Below are positions 35,409 to 47,820 of a DNA stretch of 64,000 bases, piece after piece (position 1 is the first letter of the stretch; every line of letters begins with the position of its first letter). Both the position numbers and the translations under genes were made by a program. Source of the stretch: Rhizophagus irregularis (lineage: Eukaryota); assembly GCF_026210795.1 (NCBI RefSeq), contig NC_089433.1:1488001-1552000 (forward strand), written 5' to 3'. A model generated the notes under the pieces. The model searched no databases and was not told the origin of the DNA. It saw nothing but the letters and a program-made list of their open reading frames with translations.

Positions 35409-37009
35409 CAGTCAGACCTCAATATACTGATACTACTGGTTTGGGTAAAATATATTGTTACATCAAATTATCATTACATAATAAATCATAATGCAGGCTA
35501 AAGTCTAATTTTTGTCGGCATTATGCAAACTCTAAGTTAATTTAAAGATTAAATTATAGCTTCTTATTAACATACATTTCATGAAACAAAAGTTGTTTAT
35601 ATTTTGTGTTGAAACAAAAGCTAAAAAATTTAATTACTTGAATAAAATGATAGAAATCCTCTTGTTAATTCAGGTTAAGTTTATAGTGCTGATCTGAATT
35701 AAATCAGTGTAATCTAAAATATCAATATACTGTATTTTAGGGTTGATCACCCTTGGCTCATTGGTTAGTCCGTGAGTCCCCTTATGAAGCCTGAGTATGG
35801 TGAGGTCACAGGTTCGATTCCACTGATCACGGAAATTAAAGAATTTTACTGTGGACACTACTACCAATAGTGTAAAGGTACAGGGATTAGTGTAGGCTGG
35901 ACTGCATCATAGGTGAATTAGTATGTACCGGTCGGCGGCGTATTTAATTTAAGCAAAGGTCATGGTGTCCTCCTAGCGTTCCCTATGAGGCCATTGGGAA
36001 GCCTATTGTCCTGTCTGGATGGTCACTGCTTGCATACCATCTGGGTGAGCTCTTGTCTTGGCGGTCACTTCACAATACACTAAGGGAAGCAGGTAACTTT
36101 ACTGAAGGGGGTTAAGACGCTAGATGGTCCTCATAGATGGTAAAGTCTCAAGTGCAATGTCTTAGCAGTAGTTTACCTTCTAATAGGTTTAGGCTGATTG
36201 GAGACGTTCGTGGGCTTACAGGTATATAAGGTTCTAAGGTGAGGTTCAATTCTCCAGTGAATTTGACGTACTGGTGGGTGATCTCTGAGTAAGCTGGGTT
36301 GGTTACTTATAATAAAAGGGGTGATCCCAGCTTGCAGCGAGCTTACTGTCCTGGTAGTCACTACTATTACTACTGAAGGATTTACAACTATGGTGGGCTG
36401 GTATGGTAATCGCGACCTGTAGTGGGCTTTGAGTGAGGCCATTAGTAGTCTTAGTATTGCAGTACTTGCTGCTAATCACAAGCGGAAGGACTTCTAGATG
36501 TCTGGCTTAGTTATATCTGCCGTACGTGGGTGGTTGCTCACTTCTGACGGGTGCTAGTGGGTAGTATAACCATGTCAGAAACCCTGCTACACTACGATCC
36601 ATGTTGGGTTTAAACTTGGGCGGCCGTCTTCCCTGCTTTTTATATATAGGAGTGGACGAACATCCCATATTTCTAATAATTAGAGTAGGTTGCTTGGTTA
36701 TCTGTTGCTCAACGGTAGGAGTATGTTACTGCAACTGACGTTGTAATGCTCTCTCCACGTAGCTTTGGTGAGCCGGCTATGCTGATGTCTCCTCAAACAT
36801 AAAAAAAAAAAAAAAAAAATCAATATACTGTATTTTACTAGACTACTATAAAAAAACAAAGGGTGAGTATCAATACATGTTACATTACGAAATTATATAT
36901 GATATTAGTATAATGAGATTTTTTTATTAATTGTGAAATGGGACAACAAAAATTTATTGGTACAGGCAATTATTGGTATATAGAATATTAGTACATTGAG
37001 GTCTGACTG
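35409..37009. mobile_element. Second pogo/Tc1-like MITE of the same family as 8310-35406, inverted, carrying a SINE
   Basis: TA|CAGTCAGACCTCAAT ... ATTGAGGTCTGACTG|TA; reverse complement of 36860-37009 aligns with 8310-8460. Confidence 0.88.
35740..36818 (+). mobile_element. Long tRNA-derived SINE (~1.08 kb)
   Basis: Pol III A box TGGCTCATTGG (35754) and B box GGTTCGATTCC (35811); poly(A) tail 36801-36818; 19-bp TSD ATCAATATACTGTATTTTA (35721-35739, 36819-36837). Confidence 0.92.
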
Positions 37010-37985
37010 TATCCTATTGGTAACTATTAATACCCGATTATACTCTATTGAATATTCTGATTAAAACCTGAGTATTCTCCTTTTACGCCATTTTTTAATA
37101 GCAATCAGATTTATTAATTATTAAAATTGAAAAAAAATAGGGACCAATTGAATGGAATTCAATCACCTGATTAGTCCCTAATTTGACATTGTTCAACTAG
37201 TGGTCATTATATTTCACATAATCCGTATTTAAACACAACTATCTCAAAAACACCACTAAAAATTTTTGGTAACGTGGCTTGATGAGTTTTATTGGCCAGA
37301 TTTATTATATACAATATTATCTTAGAAAAATTTTTGCAATTTTTTTCAAGAAAAAAAAATAGTGAAGAGACATTTATCTTAAAATACTTGTAGTTTTTAT
37401 AAAAAAAAAATATAAAGAAACATTTATTTAAATATTCTTATTAGTTATAGTTCTTTTTACTTTATAAAATTTATTGTTAGTTTTTTTTTAATTAAAATAA
37501 GTGAATAAATTATTTATTATTTTAGAAATTTAACAATAAATCTTTATGTTATTAATAAAAAGATAATTTTTATAATGTATTAAATGGAAATTTATTCTTA
37601 TTCAAAACTTGATAGTTCACCTTTATACTTCCAAGGTTGTAAATAAATTTTATAAATTTTGTATTTAATATAAAAAGCGTGTTTTTATTTCACAAAAAAT
37701 AAAATACAATAAGTTTAAGAAAATAGAATAAAATAAACTATAATAAAAAAAAATAATATATATTTCAAAGTGAATTACTGGAAAAATACACAAATACAAA
37801 ACAGTTGGGGTGAAAACTGAGAAGTAAGAATATTGATATATCTACTATTTTTAGATTAGTAGTACAAAGTCCCATTACCGAAAATTTTTTGGTGGGGTAG
37901 TTTTCAAACACCCCGTAGGAAATGATCAGCAAAAATTGTCATGTAATCGAAGAATTTTCTGGGTAGTTTTTTGAACTTGTACAAC

Positions 37986-38220
37986 CCTAGCAATGGCGAA
38001 AAAAAAGTGACTGACACGTGTCTGCATTTTATTCATTACAACCGTCACACCCCACCGCGTTTCCACTTTTTATATTTATCTGAAGGACACGTTTTTTTCG
38101 AGTAGGTAAAATCTTATTCGTCACCTCTTATTCGTCACCGGTTATTTCACGTGTTAGTGCATAACCCGTAATGCGGGCCAAAAGTCACGTGTAAGTCACT
38201 TTTTTTTCGCCATGGCTAGG
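37986..38220. mobile_element. MITE with ~35-bp TIRs, superfamily unassigned
   Basis: CCTAGCAATGGCGAAAAAAAAGTGACTGACACGTG / CACGTGTAAGTCACTTTTTTTTCGCCATGGCTAGG; AAC on both flanks. Confidence 0.8.
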
Positions 38221-38347
38221 AACTCGAGTATATAGTCATTATGTTTGATGTCATGTGATTATTACTAAATCTGTGCGACAATCGTTCTTATAAATATCCT
38301 CTGATTCAAAGAAATCTCTTAACAATCGCTCTAAAAATATGTAAATT

Positions 38348-39520
38348 ATGGCCTCAAATTACCGTAACAATACAGATGGTAAGATGACAGTTTTCTCATT
38401 TAAATAAAGTCTATTAACTAGTACTGTAATTTCAGACTCAGGAGTTCGTTATTTTCCTTATCGCGTCACGCGTTCCCAGTCTAATCAACAGTCTAGTCAA
38501 CTTACCTCTCAGTCTAGTGATTCTGGCCAACTTTCTTCCCAGTCTAGCCAACCTACACGTCCGCCTACAAGGCTTCACTTATCCTCCGCGGCTATTGAAT
38601 CAGCAAGAGAAAAATTGCTCACATTCCAAAAAGCCCGAGAAGAAGGGGAAGAAGTTGAAGAAGAGGAAGAAGAGGGATATACAGGATCAAGGGAGATAAC
38701 TATAAAAGAAAACGTATCACTTGAAGAATATCTCCGTTATCGTGAAAATAATGTGCATGCTTCAGTTCGCATGTACTTATGGGATGGGAAAATTATAATA
38801 TATGAAGTACCTTCCACTCCTCATGCAGAAGTAACAGGAGAGATCATTGGAATGTTGGCCGCATGGAACAGACAGGATTTTCGATACGGTACTGAAGCAA
38901 ACACAAATTTGGGTCAGGGTAGAAATAAAGAACCAGATGCTTACGTCCGACCAAAACATCGTAATCCACCACCACAAGGTGCACTAGCTGCAGATATTTA
39001 TGGAAACCCGTTTCCAACAATGATGATTGAGGTTGGTTTTTCTCAGAACCTTCCTGATCTTCATAGAACAGCAGCTCGCTACTTCAATCCACTAACCACG
39101 ATCCAGATTGTGTTAGCCATCAAGATTTTTGGAGTTCGTACAAATGCTCTTGCAAACACTAGCACTATTGCACTTATTGCTGCATTGTACCTTCGTACAA
39201 GTCCAACCCCGCTTATTCCAACTAGTGTCATTTCTTTTGGGACGGCAAATCCTGATATAAATACTGAAAACTATATTACAGGTCAAATGGGTGTTCCTCC
39301 TGGTAGCTTTATTGGTGTAGGGCGTCCTGATCCTAACAACAATAACATTAACTTTCCTCCTTGCAATGCAGCTAACATCCCGACATATATAATGAATATT
39401 CCAGGAACAGAATTATATAACGGAGTTCCACAAAATAACCTTCCAGTAGGGTTTGCTGCTGGATATAATTTGGACCTCTGGGAGCTTCAAGTTTTAGTGC
39501 GAGAAGCTATGCACATATAA
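38348..39520 (+). CDS. PD-(D/E)xK restriction-endonuclease-fold (Uma2 / Crinkler REase-like) protein, 2 exons (38348-38378, 38436-39520)
   Basis: GT..AG intron restores the frame into the 301-aa ORF; motifs GKIIIYEVPSTPHAE, KEPDAYVRP, PTMMIEVGFSQ..L. Confidence 0.8.
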
Positions 39521-39785
39521 TTTTATCAATGAAATATCAATAGAAAAAATCTTTAATGCATTATAATTTGTATTATATATTAATTACTAAACATCCTAAT
39601 TAATCATCTCTTAAATTTTTAGCTTAATATTAATTCTTAATAAAAAAAGATACACAGATTAGCTTTACAGATTGGTGTACATATTGCAAAATTATTTGAA
39701 TATATCATGTGATCTCCTTGTTAGTAATGTGTAAAAGTTTCACCTCCATCCCGTCGACCAATTCCTAGGACTAATCTAAATAAAA

Positions 39786-40042
39786 TGAAATGTCTTTATC
39801 AATATGCCGTTGAACATGGTATCGTTCCTGAGAAATTTTCGATCATAGATCTCAGGTGAAAACCACAATTCTCGAAGTTTTGTGAACCTTTATCTTTTTC
39901 GAATTATGAGAATAAAAGGGGGTTGATTTGTGAAGAGCTATTGCGTCGTGGTATTCTAGAGAGCCGTTTAAGTGCTGAATGGCTCGATGATCTTATGAAA
40001 GAATGAGAACAAGCCCATAATCAATTTATACAAGTTGGCGTA
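39786..40042 (+). pseudogene. Coding-like gene fragment of unknown family
   Basis: Reads CLYQYAVEHG..LICEELLRRGILESRLSAEWLDDLMKE*EQAHNQFIQ with stop/frameshift. Confidence 0.35.
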
Positions 40043-40445
40043 GCCGCAGTATCTCGCTTTTTTATTGATGGTTTCGACTGTTTCGTGTAAAATTAGATCA
40101 CGTGATGTTATAAATTTGTAATTCTGCCGGCATCATGAATTTGGCCTGAATTAAATTTAAATCTATGACACAAAAGTACAAATGACTCGGTCATTTAAAT
40201 GAAATGAATAATTATATTAAATCAAGTTTATTCACAGTGGAAGGGATTTATTGGTTAAATTATAACTTAAAAATGCATTTGACTCACATTAAGGCCAAGA
40301 TTACAATAAGTGGTTATAATTGCATATTGCTTTTATTTATTCAAATTGTAAATTGTAAATGACTCATATTAAACTTAATTATTTTGAACCTTTTTAAAAA
40401 ACATTGTGCGATTTAAACATTCGCGATTGAAAAAATTATAGTATA

Positions 40446-40563
40446 GCTCAATATAATCTTGCTCTTATGTATGAAAATGGAGAAGGAATTGTAAAAGATA
40501 TAGATCAAGCAATTTATTGGTATAAAAAATCCGGACAGGGATATCAAGATGCTCAAAAATTAA
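40446..40563 (+). pseudogene. Sel1-like repeat fragment
   Basis: AQYNLALMYENGEGIVKDIDQAIYWYKKS..QGYQDAQ. Confidence 0.8.
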
Positions 40564-41660
40564 TAAACCTCCTAATAAGGGGAAGTACTTGGTATTGTTG
40601 CCAAACAAGAAAGCCAATATCCCTAAATAATTCTCATTTCTAACAACTTTTCCTGTATTGATATCTTTGAATGCAAAGATGTCGTATACAGTATTTAAAT
40701 TATTTCCAATATTAATACAATACAAGTTGAAATTGTTCATTTGTAGTTGGTAAATTCATAAGTCAAATTTTTATTGATTTTCATTTAAGGCTATCAGTTG
40801 AATAGAATCCAGTAAGTAATTTTCAAAATCTTGATGCATTGGATTCTGTTCCTCTATTTGTTCCAACATTCTCAGAAGTAAAAAATAGACTATAATCAGG
40901 CATATTATCAAATAAAAATTTCTTTATAGTGAAAATGTATCTATGAAAAATTCATAAACATAATTGTTGTCATATACTATAATAAAATAAAAATTAAAAA
41001 TCCAGAAAAAACCGCCAAAGAAACAAACTTCAGTATAAAAGATCTTTGTAAGATCCGGAACTAATGATATGTTAGAAAAGCTGAGTGTCGGGAATGTTGC
41101 GGAAAACTTGGGAAGTATGAAAAGGTCCTCCAAAGTGAAACATCACGTGTATATTTTCTTATTTATTAAAACTGCCACGCAATATATCTAAAAATTATTA
41201 TAGGAAAATGTGATACATATGTACTAAAAAGTCATAAAATTTCCGCATCATTACAAAGTGAACGAAAACCGGAAAGGAATGTTGCAGTATTATTTCCTTC
41301 TTCCTCGGGAATATATTTCATTACTTGTAATTTTCTTTTACAGGAATCTTTAAAAATGCTTACTCTCTGACTTTTGAGTATTGAGACAATTAAAGGCGCG
41401 GTTAATGATGTGTTATTGCATCCGAACTATAATACCTACTCTTGTTATAGAATTCCAAGAATTCTAGAAATTAAGGAAAGACGAAACCTAGAATATGAAC
41501 ATTCCTTCACAAAGTTTATAGGACTTGTGAACCTTAACCAATTATGCAATTTTTCACATGCGCGATTTACATTTTAACTGGCGGCCAGTTTCACATGCTA
41601 CTATTGATTGGTCCAAATGATAAAATTAAAAAACTGAACCAAAGATTATCTAAGTTAACA

Positions 41661-42793
41661 ATGGAACAACTTGCTACGCTTTCAATTGAAGACAAATTTG
41701 AAGAGGATTTATGTGAAGAAGATGAAGAATTAATACAAAAAGCTCTTCCTGTTTCTGGAAACTCTTTACCAAATAGACCACCAGCAACAGGAGAGGAATA
41801 TTTGCGTATGGTAAGGTCAGAAGCTAATAAAAGGCCTAATGTCGTTATAGCTAAAAATCAAATAAATAAGTCTAAAGAAGTTAGAATGGCAGGATGGGTT
41901 AAAAGGGGCTGGGCCAATCAAATGGAACTTGATAATTTTGATCAAAATTCAAATAATTTGGTAAATGAAGAATGGGAAAAGATATTTTTAATGAAATTTG
42001 ATTTAATAAGACAGGTTGGTTACCATTCTATCAGATTCCCCAATCTTTACATGAACTCAATCACCACAAAAACACTTATCCTTTACGTCACACTACTACA
42101 GTTAACTCGCGTGTTAAATTTACTGAATTTTGTAATTGTTAATTTACTTTTTTGATTTTGACTATTCTTATCGCTGCGAAGTAAGGGATTAGAAAAGCAT
42201 ATACGGAAGAACTTAAAGTCATCACAAAATAAATCTTCTATCAAGTTCCCAGCACGAAATGATGAAGCTGGATGGCTTAAATATTGTTATGGAATAATAG
42301 AATCTCCGAATTTTGTAGAAGGTAAAGGATTGGAAAATGAAGGTGATGTAAATGAGATGACATTGCCGCGTGTTAGTATTGTGTCAAGAATAGATCAGGT
42401 ACGGCAAGCTATTTATTTCTAATTTAATTATTTTTCAAATTCTCATTTGAATTAATTTTTTATAGTCCACAACAATTACACTTCTTTTATATCATACAAA
42501 GTGGTTATCCAATGGGATTACGATTGCACAATCTCAATGGCTTTTTGCGTTGCTTTTGCGTGTTGACAAACTCTTGACGCCTAATCAGATGGCTACTTTA
42601 AGACAACTCTGTAAGAAGTGCATTCAAATTCGACAAAAGGTAGTATTCTCGATGTTTTAGTTATCAAGATTTTTGCTCATATTAATCATTTTTACTCAAA
42701 CAGACCGATAAGGAAGATCTTATTACATTGGCTTCCTTGGATATGATAATTATTATTGTAAGAAAGTATTTTGGTCAGAAAGATCTGCTATGA
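41661..42793 (+). CDS. GEMIN2: Gemin2/SIP1 (SMN complex), 4 exons
   Basis: ALPV..PPATGEEYLRMVRSEA, QWLFALLLRVDKLL..LRQLCKKC, C-terminal YFGQKDL; GT-AG introns after 42014, 42398 and ~42639. Confidence 0.9.
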
Positions 42794-42989
42794 GATGTTT
42801 TCTCACAATTGCTCATTTTTATTAATTAATTAATTTCTGAAAATATCTATTTAAAATACATAAGAAATAAAATAAAATTTAATAACTCGAATAAAAATAA
42901 CCCATAAATTGTTCAATTAATAATTCCTTTATCTTTTGTATTTAATCTATATTATAAATTATATGTAAACTTATGTAATTACTATTTAA

Positions 42990-44835
42990 TTAATCGGAGT
43001 CATGCCCATCACACCCGTTGTCTTTTAATATGATCACATCGTCATGTATGATCTTATCATCATCTTCGATATGCGCACAATCTTTAAGCTATATTTAAGG
43101 AAACAAAGATTTTTTTTTAAAAAAAAAAGAAAATCAACTTGCATTTGTTTAATCTAAATCAGGCTTACCTTCATTTCAAAGGTTGCACTCACAGGTTTAT
43201 GATCGCTAAATGTAATTTCCATGTGACTTTTATAACTAAGTTGTTTACACCATTCATTTTTTTGGCTTCTCCATAATATTCTATCAGTCCATGCAGGAGT
43301 CCTTTTCTTTTCACTGAATTAATTTTTTTAAATTAGTTATATCATATAAATAGTAAAATTTATAAAAATAAATTACCTTGTATCCCATATATTTGTTCCA
43401 GGATCATATTTGTAAGTAGGAGGAAAGGTGATTGGTCCTTCTTCAAATCCAGCAAATGCCTGTTTAAGAATCCGTCTTTCCCTATTGAGCTATAAAATAG
43501 AATAAAATAATTAAAAATATTATTATCACTTTTATAATAAGGCTTCTTTACAATGTTGTTAAACATACTTGGTCATAATTCAACAATATTTCCATTTCAT
43601 TATTTTCCAGCATAGATTTTACCTCTAATTCTGGTATTTTTTCTATACGATAATTTAAATCTCCCATCCAAATCAAATGGCTGAGAATATGTCAATATAT
43701 TTATAGCTTTTGTGAAAAGTAAAAAAAATTAAAAAAAATAAACTACTTACTCGTTATCAAATATAGGCATAACCTGACCAGCTCCCACAATATTCTCGTT
43801 AGGTGTCATCATACCTGTAATGCCCACCATCCCTCCTATACCAGCAACTGCGTTTTTAGCATATGGAGGTATATAGTCACCAACCCAACCATACAATGTT
43901 GAATAATTTTCAGTATTGATAGGAAAAGTCATCCGTTGACAAAGATCCATATAATCCTGATTTCTTCTTTCTAATCCATTAGGATCAGCTGCTAAGTGAC
44001 AATCCATAAAACACAAATATGAATCATAAAATCGGAATCGAATGGCAACACCACCTTTATTACCCTAAATTAAATTAATAATTAATAAGCGCTTTACATC
44101 TTTTTATAAGAATCAAGGAGGAAAAAAGAAGGGCCACATTAATTTGCTTCCCCATATTGTGCTTGCCTATAAATCCATACCATCACGCCCATTATTCCAA
44201 TACCAGCATAATCAGTCCTTATGTCTTTAATATATGGAGCATGCTCTTTTTTTACCAATACTATAAGAAGAATACCGACTAGTTTTTTTGACATGATCTA
44301 AAGCGATACGAGAAATTTAAATTTGCGTAATTTAAGAAAGATGCTGAATTTAATAAAACCCACATACCTTCCAATAATTCTTAGCCTTATTTTCACCTAA
44401 TGCTTGCATGATAGCATCGGTCCATTTTAATTCTCTCTCAATATCACTTCCTATATACGATTCCATAGTTAAACCTAATTCCTGAAATCTAAAATTGTAA
44501 TGATTTGATTAATGTTAATTTACAAAATATTTCGGTTTTGTAAAAACTAACCCAATGGCATAAACGTCGATATCGTAATCACAATGAAGCCAAGGTGAAA
44601 GGGATTCGGTCGCGTCTTGTCCGCTAACATTGAATGTTCCAGCAAATACACTAACATGTATCGAGTAACAAGTCAATTAAAATATATACTAAAGTTCGCG
44701 AAGAGGATATCAAAAAAAATTTTTTTTTACACCAGAAAAAAAATTGCACATTTACTGTATAGTTTTTAGTTCTATATTGTCGTATGTTGTCTTTATTTCT
44801 TGTGCAAGTATAGGTTTTTCTAATAAGTCAGTCAT
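42990..44835 (-). CDS. Inositol polyphosphate 5-phosphatase (catalytic domain), multi-exon
   Basis: [59 protein letters not shown] motifs; GT-AG introns. Confidence 0.92.
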
Positions 44836-45280
44836 TTGCTTTGTTTTTTTAAACGAAAAATTTAAATTTTAAATTTGAATGATTATTTATTTAAATATTT
44901 GTTGAACTTTTGGGGAGTTGGCAGGTGAGTGGGCGGGATGATGATTTACGTGCCAAACTTGGTTATTACAAATAGTCTTATGCTAAATAAGGTACTACGC
45001 GTTAACGCGTTACGTTAATTACGTAACAAACATTTTTAGATATCAGGGTTATAGGTTTAATAGGGTTAACGGAAAAATATTATTAAAATACATTATTTTA
45101 GATTATAAAATACAAATTATAATTTACATATAAAAAGTTCAAGAGAATTCGAATGCATCCTGCACTGCGGAGTTACGTTTGGCAAGGTTAGGATGTTGAT
45201 ATGACATCGTCATTTTTTGATATTTGTCATCATTATATGACACACCCTGCATTTACGTTAGATATTAAATTAAATTCAGC

Positions 45281-47284
45281 TTAATTGTTGTCTGGATTTG
45301 TAACACGTAGTGTCGATTTGGGAACAATCAAAAAATTTGACTGCTGAACATCACTATCCATCATCCTTTCTTCTAATATCGTAGTATAATCTTTTCCATG
45401 TGCACCATTCTCTGAAGTTCCAGCCATGCTTAGTCGTGGTAATTCTTCAACAGCAGTGGATCCAGATGATATACTAAATTTTTTTGATTTATCTTGATTT
45501 GAAGGTTGTTCCCCTGTGCTCGAATAAGGTGCTGCGTAAAAGGCATTCCGCTTTCGTCTACGATAAAACAAAAATAAACCACCAATCAACAAAAAAAAGG
45601 ATATTACTCCTATTACTGATCCTGCTATTGTTCCAGCTTTTGAAGACGAGGGTTCCTGTGAAACGCCACTATGGGGTATTGTATTTGTATAATCCAAATT
45701 ATTTGGAGTATAATTTTCTTTCCATGTGAATGTGGTCGTATCTAAAATAAACAAAAATCAAAATCATTTATGAGGGAGAACTAAATTTTAATCACAATAA
45801 GAACCGAGATAAAATAATATCTACCAAGGACATAAATGTTATTGTCAGAAACATCATTCGCTAAATACCCTATTGGACATTGTTTAAAGAAATAAAGCAT
45901 AAATATCATATGAACACATTATGAATGTATATGGAAAAATATTTGTAAATTAATACATACCAAACGCAATCAACATATTAGTTCCAACCATGGTAGCTGT
46001 ATGAGAATATCTTGCTGGAGGAACAGCTCCTTTTGTTTCTTTTAAACTCCAGACAAATTGTGATTGTGTTGTATCTAAAACCGCAACATCCCCATATAAC
46101 ACATTATAATTTATGTTAACACCACCATGTATGATCACTTTACCGTCATGTGCTATGAATTATATAGTTATTTTAATTAAACTTTGAAATAAAATATTTT
46201 AACCAGTTTTAATCAAGCCTCAACTTACTTCCTACGGCAACATGGGCTCTACGTGCTGTTGGCAACTTACCACCTGCAGTCTTAAGATTGAATTTATAAG
46301 TCAAATATATCTATCATTTGAAATTTTTAAATTCTTTCATTAAACGTCAAAATACCTGAACATCCCATTTTGCATTTATTGTATCATAAACATAAATTTG
46401 ACTCATATCTACCAATTCATCTTTGGAATACCCTCCAATTACATACATTTTTCCATCTGAAAGAATCGTTGCAGTATGATGAAATCTTCCTGATGGTGTA
46501 TTTGGATCTGTAGCTTGGAGGCTCCATAAATTATTTTTTGTGTCCAATTTAAATAAATCCTGAAATTGAACTTGTGATGAAATTAAAGAGTTAGACACAT
46601 TAGGTATGCCACCAAAAAAATAATTTATGGATTTATCTAATTTTGTAACAGCAGTGTGTGACATCCGTGGTGTTCCCAAACTTAAGCCAGCATTGTCCCA
46701 AACGGAAGATGAATTTAAAGTATCGTAATAAAATAATGGATTTTCTAGTATTTGTTCATCAGTTGAATTTGCATATTCTCCACCATATAACACTAAAAGT
46801 TCATTTTGTGATCCACCTATACTAAGTGTATGATATGCAACGTTTGGGCCCACGAAACGTGTCATCCATCCAGGATCTGATACCGAGAAAGAGTCTGATA
46901 CATTAAGCATAAGAAGCTGATTCGAATTTTGGCTAGTATCATTAAGATCAGCTTCTCTAGTCAATCCCACTTTTCCTCCATAAATATATAAGCTGTAATA
47001 ATTTAAAAAGAAAAATATTATATTAATATTCTATTCAATAGTTAAACCCTGTTTAAATTCAAAACGAAAAGTTTTATGAATATCAATCGGAATTAAATGA
47101 TAATAAACCATTTCCCTACATATGATCTTTTAAGGTATACGACCAAAATCAATACATACTTGTTTCTTAAAAGCACTGCCGCATGACCCCACCGGGGATC
47201 TGGTAATGCAGCATTCACGCTTTGTACTAATAATTCAATACAAGTCGTTGCAACTAGAGTGGTAAACTGCTTAAGAATTAGCAT
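45281..47284 (-). CDS. Kelch-repeat beta-propeller single-pass membrane protein, multi-exon
   Basis: Signal-like N-terminus; PRWGHAA, RMSHTA, RFHHTA, ARYSHTA Kelch repeats; TM helix IAGSVIGVISFFLLIGGLFLFY followed by RRRKR. Confidence 0.88.
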
Positions 47285-47820
47285 TGTTTCAATTACACTT
47301 TTGAATATATTTTAAAAAGAACAAATGTACACCTAATAAGACTAATAAAAATATCAGGAATTTTACAACTTATATTATAATTTTTATAAATAAGAAAAGG
47401 AAAGACGAGGGGGTCAAATAACCCGCCAAAATAATTTTAATTCACCGGGGAATTGTTGGGGAATTATTGGGGGATTTGAGTAATAAAACACATAAATAGC
47501 AATAAGATCTCTCCATTGTGGAACAATGAATGAATCAAATTTGATTTTGATTATGATTATGAGTGTTCTTTTCTTCTTTTCTGCTAAGAAATGCTAAATT
47601 TTTTAAGGTAAAATTTGGATATCACGGATTACGTCAAAACATTACACTGCAGATGCATGACTATGCACGTGATCTAAAAAAAAATGCGTACAGAGGATCA
47701 GCGGATAAAATCTACAAAACGGAATAATTATAACTGAATCATTATTATCTTCATTTGAACATAAAAAACCTTGTCCGGAGTTCTTCTTTATCGTTGATCT
47801 TATAACTGGCACCAATCAAT

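Noticed and set aside
35740..35832. Functional tRNA gene
   Set aside because: No clean cloverleaf or T-run terminator; continuous with a 1-kb body, poly(A) and TSD, so a SINE head
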